13,776 bases of DNA from a bacterium (GCA_049472315.1 JBLIRN010000072.1:1-13776); one strand, 5' to 3'; numbered from the stretch's first letter, positions 1-7,674 are shown. A program made the numbers and translations. Notes: a model not told the origin generated them from the sequence alone.

Positions 1-2
1 GC

Positions 3-227
3 AGAGACGTGCTCAGGGATATCAAAACCGATGCAGGGCTGAAAAGCATTCCCGTGGTGATACTTACCACATCCCATGCTGAAGAGGACATCCTGAGGGC
101 CTATGGCCTGAATGCCAACTGCTATATCTGCAAGCCGATCGATCTCGACCAGTTCACCAAGATCATCAAGGCAATAGAGGATTTCTGGCTGACCATCGTC
201 AAGCTCCCCCCGGAGGACCGGGGATGA
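3..227 (+). CDS. Single-domain response regulator, Rcp1-like (5'-truncated by the window edge)
   Basis: The frame is open from position 3 (RDVLRDIKTD...). It carries receiver C-terminal motifs IPVVILTTS and ANCYICKP and the Rcp1-family tail F..IIKAIEDFWL. The stop overlaps the next start (ATGA 224-227). Confidence 0.9.
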   Translation, partial: RDVLRDIKTDAGLKSIPVVILTTSHAEEDILRAYGLNANCYICKPIDLDQFTKIIKAIEDFWLTIVKLPPEDRG

Positions 228-2134
228 TCGATACAGCCATTGCCATTCTCCTGATCGAGGACAATCCCGGTGATGCCCGTTTGATCCGGGAGATGTTGGC
301 CGAGGCGCAAGGTCTGCGCGTCATGATGCAAAGGGCCGGCAACCTCGCAGAGGGGCTGCGGCATGTATCCGAGGGGTCCTTCGATGTCATCCTGCTCGAT
401 CTCTCCCTGCCCGACAGTACGGGGATCGAAACGTTCAAGGCGGTGCGCGATCGGGCACCCAATACCCCTGTGCTCATTCTGACCGGGCTTGATGATGAAT
501 CCATTGCCATACGGGCGGCACGGGAAGGGGCACAGGATTATCTCCCCAAGGGGAATTTGGGGGGCAACCTGCTGGCGCGCGCCATCAAGTATGCCATCGA
601 GCGCAGTAAAATCGAGAAGGCGCTGCGGGGCTCGGAAATCCAGTACCGCTCCACCCTCGACTCCATGGGGGATGCCATCCATGTTGTCGACGCCGACCTG
701 CGATTCGTTCTCTTCAACAAGACCTTCAAACAATGGAACGAGAGGCTGGGCATTCCAACCGATGTGATCGGGAAAACCGTGTTCGAGGTCTTTCCGTTTT
801 TAGTGGAGAGGGTTCGCCGGGAATACCAGAGGGTATTCGAGACCGGAGAGGCCCTCATTACGGAGGAACGCCAGACAATCGGGGAGAAGGAATTCATCAC
901 CGAGACGCGGAAAATACCCGTGTTCGAAGGGAAAAGGGTGGTCAGTATCGTCACCGTCATCCGGGACATCACCGAACAACGGAAGGCGGAGCAGGCCTTG
1001 CGTGACTCCGAGGGGAAATTCAGGGCCCTTTCAGAGAACTCGCCGAATATGATCTTTATCAACAAGCGGGGCAAGGTATTGTATGCCAATAGGCGATGTG
1101 AAGAGATTATAGGATACAAAAAGGAGGAGTTTTATGCACCCGATTTCGACTACCTTTCCCTGGTTGCACCGGAATTTCAAGAAATCGTCAGGGGGAATTT
1201 TAGGAGGCACATGCAGGGCGAAGAGGTGTCCCCATTCGAATTCGTCAATATCACCAGGGATGGGAGACGAATAGAATCGATGCTCACCACACGATTGATC
1301 GATTATGAGGGGGATAAGGCCATCCTGGGCATCGTCACCGACATCACCAGGCTCAAGGAGGCTGAAATGGTCCTCAAGAGGGACAAGGAGACCTTCGAGC
1401 GGCTGGTGAATGAAAAGACGCAGGAATTGCTGAGGATCCAAAAGAAGCTGTCGGATGCACGGCGTCTTTCAGACATTGGCATGCTTGCCACAACCGTTGC
1501 CCATGAACTGCGCAATCCCCTCGCCGTCATCGAGACCGCGGCCTACAACATACGATTCAAAACACAGGATGCCTCCCTCGACAGGCATCTGAAAAAGATA
1601 GAAAAGCAGATAGCGGAGAGCAACCAGATCATCAATAATCTCCTTTTCTATTCCCGCATCAAGACGCCCTGTTTTGAACCTATGGATATCCGTCATACCC
1701 TTGACGAATGTATCGGTGACGTTCTCGAGAGGGTAAAGGATAAAGGAATCTCGATTCGTAAACAATGGGACATCCCCGGAACGTATTGCATCGAGGCGGA
1801 CCCTCTTCAGATAAAGGAGGTATTCAACAATATCCTGAACAATGCATGCGACGCCATGAAGGATCGAAGGGGTACAATTGATGTGGGGATACGGCATGAG
1901 GGCAACGGGTTCGTGAGCATATACGTCAAGGACAGCGGTTCAGGGATAAGCGAAGAAAATCTAAAAATGGTGTACGAACCGTTCTTCTCAACAAAATCAA
2001 AGGGGACAGGGCTGGGACTCACCGTATGTTTCCAGATCGTCAACCTGCACGATGGCGGCATACATATGGAAAGTATTAAGGATAAGGGAACAACGGTCAC
2101 CGTGACCCTGCCCATGCAGCATGCACGAAAATAA
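224..2134 (+). CDS. Cytoplasmic hybrid sensor histidine kinase, REC-PAS-PAS-HisKA-HATPase (636 aa)
   Basis: N-terminal receiver (LLIEDN, ILLDLSLPD, ILTG, DYLPK). Two PAS/PAC domains end in RDITEQRKAE and TDITRLKEAE. Kinase boxes: H AHELRNPL, N NILNNACDAM, G1 DSGSGI, F EPFFSTK, G2 GTGLGL. No hydrophobic transmembrane segment. Confidence 0.95.
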   Translation: MIDTAIAILLIEDNPGDARLIREMLAEAQGLRVMMQRAGNLAEGLRHVSEGSFDVILLDLSLPDSTGIETFKAVRDRAPNTPVLILTGLDDESIAIRAAREGAQDYLPKGNLGGNLLARAIKYAIERSKIEKALRGSEIQYRSTLDSMGDAIHVVDADLRFVLFNKTFKQWNERLGIPTDVIGKTVFEVFPFLVERVRREYQRVFETGEALITEERQTIGEKEFITETRKIPVFEGKRVVSIVTVIRDITEQRKAEQALRDSEGKFRALSENSPNMIFINKRGKVLYANRRCEEIIGYKKEEFYAPDFDYLSLVAPEFQEIVRGNFRRHMQGEEVSPFEFVNITRDGRRIESMLTTRLIDYEGDKAILGIVTDITRLKEAEMVLKRDKETFERLVNEKTQELLRIQKKLSDARRLSDIGMLATTVAHELRNPLAVIETAAYNIRFKTQDASLDRHLKKIEKQIAESNQIINNLLFYSRIKTPCFEPMDIRHTLDECIGDVLERVKDKGISIRKQWDIPGTYCIEADPLQIKEVFNNILNNACDAMKDRRGTIDVGIRHEGNGFVSIYVKDSGSGISEENLKMVYEPFFSTKSKGTGLGLTVCFQIVNLHDGGIHMESIKDKGTTVTVTLPMQHARK

Positions 2135-2276
2135 AAAACATATGTTCGGTGCCCTGTTGATTGCATACCGCGTCTACAGTATCCGGTTTATAGATTGATC
2201 ATGTAAGATCGAGACATGTAAAAAGGACCCGTTACCCATTCCTTATAAGGTTCGTTTCTGGTCCTGAGGAGGAACG

Positions 2277-3236
2277 TTGGACAGCACAAGGATTATGATC
2301 GTCGACGATGACAAGGACCTTTTGGACGAGCTTCAAGAGACGCTCTCAATGAAAGGGTATGCCACACTCGCAATCAATGATAGCACCTCCGCGGTGGATG
2401 CCGCATTCTCATCCAGGCCGGATGTGATACTGCTCGACATGAAGATGGATGGCATGAGCGGATTCCAGGTCGCCCAATCACTACGCCGCCTTCCCTCAAC
2501 CGCGTTAATCCCCATTATCGCGATGACCGGCGTGTGTACACGAGAGAATCATCTTTCCGCCATGGGGCTGTGGGGCATGGATGTATGCCTCGAGAAGCCC
2601 TTCAATCCGCACGACTTGATCCTTTCGATACAAAGGGTATTGAAAGCAGGTTGCGCAGGAGGAAGGGAATACAAGGAAAACAGCGCAATCGGAAACAATG
2701 AACGGGCCTCCGGACATAATAACAGAATCCATTTCATAGGTTCAAACAGCCACAGTTCAGCACGTGTCAACGAAGAATGTCATCCAAGGATCTCGGTATT
2801 GCTGCTGAACTCATCCGATGCGGAGCTTGATGATCTTAAGAGCACAATCGAGGCCGACAACCATATCGATATCATAGGCATGGCACGAAATACCCATGAG
2901 GCACGAGTGATGATTAAGTCCCTTGCCCCGGATATCGTGATAATGGATCTCGTCGATCCCCGATCGGGGGAAATGAGATTTCTGAAAAGACTGGCTCGTT
3001 TCTTTCCGAGGCCGGTTCTCGTAATCTGTTCCTTGCGCAGGGCACCCTATGACATGGTGGTATCCATACTCAAAACCGGGGTCACCGAAGTCATTGACAA
3101 GGATACCCTGGGATTCTCCTCCGGCACCGGCCCATATCAGGGGCTGCTTCTTGCGGGGAGGATACGGGCACTCGTTGCACGATTCTCTTCCCAGGACAGC
3201 GGAAGGGATTCGTATCATCATATGTCTACACAATGA
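2277..3236 (+). CDS. Tandem-receiver protein: intact N-terminal REC plus degenerate CheB-type C-terminal REC (319 aa)
   Basis: TTG start with RBS GAGGAGG at 2266-2272. REC1 has IMIVDDD, LLDMKM, AMTG and LEKPF. REC2 (VLLLNSS...IIGMARNTHEAR...PDIVIMD...FLKRL...PRPVLVICSL...VIDK) resembles the CheB receiver. Confidence 0.88.
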   Translation: MDSTRIMIVDDDKDLLDELQETLSMKGYATLAINDSTSAVDAAFSSRPDVILLDMKMDGMSGFQVAQSLRRLPSTALIPIIAMTGVCTRENHLSAMGLWGMDVCLEKPFNPHDLILSIQRVLKAGCAGGREYKENSAIGNNERASGHNNRIHFIGSNSHSSARVNEECHPRISVLLLNSSDAELDDLKSTIEADNHIDIIGMARNTHEARVMIKSLAPDIVIMDLVDPRSGEMRFLKRLARFFPRPVLVICSLRRAPYDMVVSILKTGVTEVIDKDTLGFSSGTGPYQGLLLAGRIRALVARFSSQDSGRDSYHHMSTQ

Positions 3237-3252
3237 GCAAAAAGGGGGGGCA

Positions 3253-3633
3253 ATGGCAAACACACGGGTCATGATCGTGGACGATGATCGGGACTTTCTG
3301 GAAGAACTTCAAGACGCGCTCACCTCTCATGGTTATGAGACAATCCCGATCTCTCGGAGCAGCATTGCTCCATTTGCCGCATATACCACAAAACCGGATG
3401 TGATCCTTCTCGATATAAAAATGGATGGCATGAGCGGATTCGATGTGGCGGAACATATCAAACGGTTCTCATCGACCGCGGATATCCCCATTATCGCAAT
3501 GACCGGCTTCTTTAACAAGGAAAAGCACCTGGCGCTCATGGATCTCTGTGGGATGAAGATCTGTCTTGAAAAGCCTTTCAATCCTCGCGATGTGATTGCT
3601 ACGATCGAGGGGGTGATACAGGAAACTACATGA
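3253..3633 (+). CDS. Single-domain response regulator (126 aa)
   Basis: ATG at 3253 follows a purine-rich RBS (AAAGGGGGGG). Motifs VMIVDDD, LLDIKMDG, AMTG and CLEKPFNP. The ORF-track start at 3049 overlaps the upstream gene and is not used. Confidence 0.92.
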   Translation: MANTRVMIVDDDRDFLEELQDALTSHGYETIPISRSSIAPFAAYTTKPDVILLDIKMDGMSGFDVAEHIKRFSSTADIPIIAMTGFFNKEKHLALMDLCGMKICLEKPFNPRDVIATIEGVIQETT

Positions 3634-3643
3634 ACGGAAACAC

Positions 3644-3664
3644 GGGGAGCCCCTTTCCCCTTTT
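3644..3664 (+). terminator. Candidate intrinsic terminator after the second receiver gene
   Basis: GGGGA (3644-3648) pairs with TCCCC (3656-3660) around a 7-nt loop, followed by TTTT. It lies 10 nt after the stop codon. Stem and U-tract are both short. Confidence 0.4.
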
Positions 3665-3807
3665 GTGGCTCCGTCGTTCCCCTTCCGCATATGTCCCGAT
3701 TGTCTTCCCGCACAATCCATCAACCGACCCTCCAGAATAATAATCGCTTAAAAAATACTTAGGCATGCATGGTGAATGTGCTAAGGTCCGCAAAGACAGG
3801 AACAAAC

Positions 3808-3981
3808 TTGAAAGTGATGCAGCACATGGGAAGCCAAAAGTGCCCCTTGAACAGGATGAATAGTGGAGTATGGTTTTGCAGGGAAAATGAAAAACCATTT
3901 CGTCTATTAAAGGAAATGAAAGGGGCGTGTAACTTATCATCATGCAAGGATGCGCGCATGTGCCGGCAGAACCTGCGATAA
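3808..3981 (+). CDS. Possible small Cys-rich hypothetical protein (57 aa from TTG 3808; 70 aa from ATG 3769)
   Basis: Co-oriented ORF in a 570-bp gap, with AGGA 6 nt before TTG 3808 and five Cys (KCPL, WFC, ACNLSSC, MC). No recognisable family. Confidence 0.3.
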   Translation: MKVMQHMGSQKCPLNRMNSGVWFCRENEKPFRLLKEMKGACNLSSCKDARMCRQNLR

Positions 3982-4204
3982 TGCAAGCATACCTGTTCGA
4001 GCAAGACAGTATGGGGTTTAGGTATGGCGTTCCATCCCCGATTTTTATTATAATAACCGCAGTCATGTGAATAACGACATGCCCTATCGGGATGCACAAG
4101 GACGTTTCGCAGGCCGGAGACCCTGTAATATCGGGAAGGGGTATCCGCGTGTGCCTTGATACCCGCTATTTCGTATGATTGTTCCTATGCCCGGAGGAAG
4201 TAAA

Positions 4205-4585
4205 ATGACCGTCAAGAAGGTAATGATTGTGGACGATGACAGGGACCTGATAGAGGAGCTTCAAGAGGCACTCTCATTAAGGGGGTATGAGGTCGTTGCG
4301 ATCAGTGAGAGCACCTCCGCCCTGGATACCGTGTTCTCACTCAAGCCCGATGTGATACTGCTCGACTTGAAAATGGATGGCATGAGCGGATTCCAGATCG
4401 CCCAGTCGCTGCGACGGGTTCCCTCAACCGCACCGATTCCCATTATCGCAATGACGGGCGTCCTGAACAAAGAGAATCACCGGGCGCTTATGGAGGCATA
4501 CGGCATCACGGTATGCCTTGAAAAGCCCTTTAATCCATACATGGTTATTGATACGATCGAGGCGGTCCTGCGGAAGGGGGCATGA
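4205..4585 (+). CDS. Single-domain response regulator (126 aa)
   Basis: ATG at 4205 with RBS GGAGGA at 4193-4198. Motifs VMIVDDD, LLDLKMDG, AMTG and CLEKPFNP. Paralogous to 3253..3633 and to the N-terminal domain of 2277..3236. Confidence 0.92.
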   Translation: MTVKKVMIVDDDRDLIEELQEALSLRGYEVVAISESTSALDTVFSLKPDVILLDLKMDGMSGFQIAQSLRRVPSTAPIPIIAMTGVLNKENHRALMEAYGITVCLEKPFNPYMVIDTIEAVLRKGA

Positions 4586-4635
4586 ACATGCACCCCGCAC
4601 GCACTGCTTCACATATTGGGTAAGGGGGAAAAAAC

Positions 4636-4663
4636 CAAAGAATTGCCGCAAATAAGCCGAAAT
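4636..4663 (+). promoter_or_regulatory. Candidate sigma28 (FliA)-like promoter upstream of the HD-GYP gene
   Basis: CAAA-N16-GCCGAAAT against the consensus TAAA-N15-GCCGATAA, 26 nt upstream of ATG 4690. It is embedded in the short tandem repeat GCCGCAAATAA/GCCGAAATAA. Confidence 0.3.
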
Positions 4664-4689
4664 AAGGGGTGTACACAAAGGAGACACCC

Positions 4690-5844
4690 ATGGAACGGCT
4701 CAAGCGATACCTCCTTACCAACTTCGAACAGGTCCTGGTGCTGACGATCCTCGTCTCGGTTGCCCTGATCAACTATTATATCCCACAGAAGATCGCCTTC
4801 ATCAACTTCTACTTCCTGCCGGTCATCGTCACCGGATACTTCCTGGGGGTGCGTCGATCAGTATTGGGCGCCGTTCTCTGTATCCTCCTGGTGATCACCT
4901 ATTCCATCATCTACCCGCATCTGTTCATGATTCCCAACACCCGGCTCAATCTCACCCTGTACATCATCGCCTGGGGAGGATTTTTGATCCTTGCAGGCGC
5001 CGTCGTAGGCAAACAGCACGAGAAACTGCAACTGAAGATCCAGCAGGCGCATGAGCTCAACGAGGAGTTGCTTGCGTCGAACAGGCACCTTCGGAATGCC
5101 CGGGCCGCGAGCATCTTCGGTTTTGCAAAGCTTGCCGAATACAGGGACGAGGACACCGGCGCCCACCTGGAAAGGATACGGGAATATGCCAGGATCATTG
5201 CCGAGGAGCTGGCACGAAATCCGGCATACAAGGAACGCATTACCCAGGAATTCATCGAGGATATCTACCTCTCGTCCATTCTGCACGATATCGGAAAGGT
5301 GGGCATCGAGGACTCCATTCTGCTCAAGCCCGGCAAGCTCACCCCCGAAGAATTTGAACACATAAAGCTCCACTCGACCCTTGGCGGCGATGCACTCAAG
5401 GCCGCCGAGGACAAGATGGAGGGGCAGTCGTTCCTCAGCCTCGGCAGGGAGATTGCCTACTGCCACCATGAGAAATGGGACGGATCCGGATACCCGAAGG
5501 GATTGAAGGGGGAGGAGATCCCGCTTTCTGCGCGGATCGTGGCCCTTGCCGATGTCTACGATGCGATCACCTCGGACCGGCCTTACAAAAGGGCGTTCAC
5601 TCACGAGAAGTCGGTGGAGATCATTCTAAACGACAGGGGGACGCATTTCGACCCCGACGTGGTGGATGCGTTCTATGCCCGCAGGTCGGATTTCAATATG
5701 ATACGCATCAAGAGCCAGGCAGGAAGGCCCCTGAGAGAGGATGATGAGCCCCGGAAGCCACAGGATCATTCAGACGAGTTCGATCCACGCGTTCTTGCCT
5801 ATCTCGAGGCGGTCGGTGCAAAAAATTCCAAATCCCTTCATTGA
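4690..5844 (+). CDS. Membrane-bound HD-GYP cyclic-dinucleotide phosphodiesterase (384 aa)
   Basis: ATG 4690 with RBS AAAGGAG. About four N-terminal transmembrane helices (FYFLPVIVTGYFLG resembles DUF4118-type sensors) and a coiled-coil linker. Catalytic motifs EYRDEDTGAH, HDIGK, HHEKWDGSGYP and ADVYDAITSDRPYK are intact. Confidence 0.93.
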   Translation: MERLKRYLLTNFEQVLVLTILVSVALINYYIPQKIAFINFYFLPVIVTGYFLGVRRSVLGAVLCILLVITYSIIYPHLFMIPNTRLNLTLYIIAWGGFLILAGAVVGKQHEKLQLKIQQAHELNEELLASNRHLRNARAASIFGFAKLAEYRDEDTGAHLERIREYARIIAEELARNPAYKERITQEFIEDIYLSSILHDIGKVGIEDSILLKPGKLTPEEFEHIKLHSTLGGDALKAAEDKMEGQSFLSLGREIAYCHHEKWDGSGYPKGLKGEEIPLSARIVALADVYDAITSDRPYKRAFTHEKSVEIILNDRGTHFDPDVVDAFYARRSDFNMIRIKSQAGRPLREDDEPRKPQDHSDEFDPRVLAYLEAVGAKNSKSLH

Positions 5845-5869
5845 CAACGCATCTCCTCATGATTATACT
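5841..5869 (+). promoter_or_regulatory. Sigma70 promoter for speD
   Basis: TTGACA (5841-5846, overlapping the HD-GYP stop codon), 17-nt spacer, TATACT (5864-5869); 11 of 12 consensus positions match. Predicted TSS about 5876. Confidence 0.75.
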
Positions 5870-5889
5870 TCCCTTGATTGTAAAACAAA

Positions 5890-5982
5890 TTCATAGTCAG
5901 GATAACCGCAGGCATCGAGCACATGAAGAGGGAAAAACCTCGGCCCTCGCACAGGATGCCGCCACATCATCGGACTATCGAA
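5890..5982 (+). promoter_or_regulatory. Structured 5' leader of speD (candidate cis-regulatory RNA)
   Basis: Nested complementary segments: ATAGTC 5893-5898 with GACTAT 5973-5978, GGCATC 5911-5916 with GATGCC 5955-5960, and GAGGG 5928-5932 with CCCTC 5944-5948. The 3' arm abuts the ribosome-binding region. Confidence 0.4.
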
Positions 5983-5997
5983 GGTATAGGGTAAACA

Positions 5998-6786
5998 GTG
6001 AATATCAAGCCGATCAAAAAAAGGTTAAAGCTTTACGGATTCAACAATCTTACCAAGATGCTGAGCTTTAATATCTATGATGTCTGCTATGCAATGAATC
6101 CCGAGGAACAGAGCGGGTACCTCCAGTATATTGACGACAAATACAACTCCGACAGACTGACCGACATCCTCAAGCGCGTCTCAGAGATCATCGGTGCAAA
6201 CATCCTCAATATCGCCAGTCAGGACTATATCCCTCGCGGCGCAAGCGTTACCGTATTGATCGCGGAGGAAAGAAAGGGGGTGGAGGAATGCAGCGAGGGT
6301 ATCGTCGCCCACCTGGATAAGAGCCACCTGAGCGTCCACACCTATCCGGAGAAACATCCGGCAAGCGGAACCACCACCTTTCGGGTGGATATCGACGTAT
6401 CCACCTGCGGAAGGATATCCCCATTGAATACATTAGACTTCCTCATCACCAGCTTTGAATCGGACATCATCGTCATGGATTATCGGGTCAGGGGATTCAC
6501 CCGGGATGCCCGGGGAAGAAAGGTTTTTCTCGATCACAAGATCAACTCGATCCAAAACTTTATCAAAGAGGACCTCCTGAAGAATTACCAGGCGGTCGAC
6601 GTGAATATCTATCAGGAGAACATCTTCCATACCAAGATGATTCTCAAGGAATTCGACCTCGACAACTATCTGTTCGGAAGGTCGAAAAGGGACCTGCCTC
6701 CCGGCGAGGAACAGAAGCTCAAGAAGCTTTTGAACAAAGAGATGATCGAGATCTTTTACGGGAGAAACATCCCCGAGGTTCCCTGA
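5998..6786 (+). CDS. speD: S-adenosylmethionine decarboxylase proenzyme, long E. coli-type (262 aa)
   Basis: GTG start. Motifs [23 protein letters not shown] and GASVTVL. Autocleavage and pyruvoyl site VAHLDK|S109-H, then [24 protein letters not shown] and FHTKM. Confidence 0.97.
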   Translation: MNIKPIKKRLKLYGFNNLTKMLSFNIYDVCYAMNPEEQSGYLQYIDDKYNSDRLTDILKRVSEIIGANILNIASQDYIPRGASVTVLIAEERKGVEECSEGIVAHLDKSHLSVHTYPEKHPASGTTTFRVDIDVSTCGRISPLNTLDFLITSFESDIIVMDYRVRGFTRDARGRKVFLDHKINSIQNFIKEDLLKNYQAVDVNIYQENIFHTKMILKEFDLDNYLFGRSKRDLPPGEEQKLKKLLNKEMIEIFYGRNIPEVP

Positions 6787-6808
6787 TAGTTTGAAAAAAC
6801 CACCCCTC

Positions 6809-6898
6809 TCCAATCCGACATCGCGCTATTGAGGCATAGGATTGGAAGCACTCAATAACCCCGTAATTACCAACCATAATGGCTTCAGTATCGATGTC
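6809..6898. other. Interlocking inverted repeats between convergent speD and PilZ genes (possible pseudoknotted RNA or terminator region)
   Basis: TCCAATCC 6809-6816 with GGATTGGA 6839-6846; GACATCG 6817-6823 with CGATGTC 6892-6898; TATTGAG 6827-6833 with CTCAATA 6851-6857. Confidence 0.4.
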
Positions 6899-6962
6899 TT
6901 AACCAAGAGGGGATATTAAACCAACATCCGGCAACGGTGAAGCATTCACGAACCGTTTCCAT

Positions 6963-7451
6963 TCAGAAGCGGACGGCATGCAGGCTGTCCGAGATCGCCT
7001 GGTTGATAAAGGCCCGCGTCTCCTTGGAGACATGGATGAACCGGACGCCCATCCCCCTGTTGACGATCTTGTCAGCCGGTACATTGGCATTGGACCATAC
7101 CACCTCTCCGGTGACCTCCAATGACCAACTGAAGTTGGGTGAGGCAAGGATCAGGCTGAAGGTTTCACGCAAGGGGAGCGGCTCGTTACAGCAGATGAAC
7201 GCCCCGCCAAGGCTGATATCCCTTGTCACTCCATCTATGGCCCCCCCGGAGGTCTCTATCCGGACCGGCCATTGGATGCCGATCCTCGGATGCTGCCGCC
7301 GTTCCTCCCAGTTTTTCTGCTGCAGCGTGATTTGCACGGGGTTCTCATGTTTCGGACGAAAATGCGTGGTGATGAAACAGTACAGAATAAAGATGAGAAA
7401 GATCGACATGACACATATGATGCCGCTTACCGTCAGTGAAACGAGATTCAT
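6963..7451 (-). CDS. PilZ-domain c-di-GMP receptor with an N-terminal membrane anchor (162 aa)
   Basis: Hydrophobic N-terminal helix. RxxxR motif (ERRQHPR), DxSxxG motif (DISLGG), GEVVW and GMGVRF. RBS GGAG 9 nt upstream of the ATG. Confidence 0.92.
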   Translation of the reverse strand: MNLVSLTVSGIICVMSIFLIFILYCFITTHFRPKHENPVQITLQQKNWEERRQHPRIGIQWPVRIETSGGAIDGVTRDISLGGAFICCNEPLPLRETFSLILASPNFSWSLEVTGEVVWSNANVPADKIVNRGMGVRFIHVSKETRAFINQAISDSLHAVRF

Positions 7452-7547
7452 TCAAGCCGTCTCCAAAGGCAAAGATATCTTACCGTTGCATAGGTACAAA
7501 AATGGTCCTATTGACTCACACTCGCTGCTATAAAATTTATAAGGTCT

Positions 7548-7575
7548 TTATCGACAATCCGGGGGAATTTGTTTA
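7548..7575 (-). promoter_or_regulatory. Candidate sigma28 (FliA)-like promoter for the PilZ gene
   Basis: The minus strand reads TAAA-N16-GTCGATAA (consensus TAAA-N15-GCCGATAA), about 100 nt upstream of the start. Confidence 0.4.
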
Positions 7576-7674
7576 AAACCTACCTGTTGAGGTCGTCGAA
7601 CCATTCGAAATTTAGGTCCTTTTTATCTTCACATAATAACCTTAAACTGATTATTCGTTTTTTTATGAACTTGT

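Larger units (their letters stand above)
2445..4393 (+). repeat. Dispersed direct repeat from three paralogous receiver coding sequences
   Basis: The 21-mer ATGGATGGCATGAGCGGATTC is identical at 2445-2465, 3421-3441 and 4373-4393. CCCATTATCGC(G/A)ATGAC and GATGTGAT(A/C)CT are also shared by all three. Confidence 0.85.

Noticed and set aside
1000..2134. Lower GC in the 3' part of the kinase gene as evidence of mosaic origin
   Set aside because: Based only on spot counts, with no sharp boundary; Lys/Ile/Asn-rich protein composition could explain it.
2241..2251. CCTTATAAGG palindrome and TTATAAGGT shared with 7537-7545
   Set aside because: Nine-base matches are expected many times by chance in 13.8 kb, and there is no other support for a shared operator.
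4139..4164. GGGTATC/GATACCC hairpin upstream of the third receiver
   Set aside because: A single 7-bp stem with no U-tract or known motif, so no function can be supported.
2445..4393. 21-nt repeats as a CRISPR array or mobile-element ends
   Set aside because: They are about 950 bp apart and lie in frame within paralogous receiver genes. No cas or transposase genes are present.
5911..5960. Canonical SAM-I riboswitch call upstream of speD
   Set aside because: P3 and P4 with the GCAACC/GGTGC ligand-binding elements are missing. Kept only as an unclassified structured leader.
5841..6071. 76-aa ORF between HD-GYP and speD
   Set aside because: Its TTG is the -35 hexamer of the speD promoter, it has no RBS, and it overlaps speD out of frame.
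7599..7620. AACCATTCGAAA resembling part of a c-di-GMP-I riboswitch near the PilZ gene
   Set aside because: The stem does not close after GAAA, the GACGCAAAG junction is missing, and the strand is opposite to PilZ.
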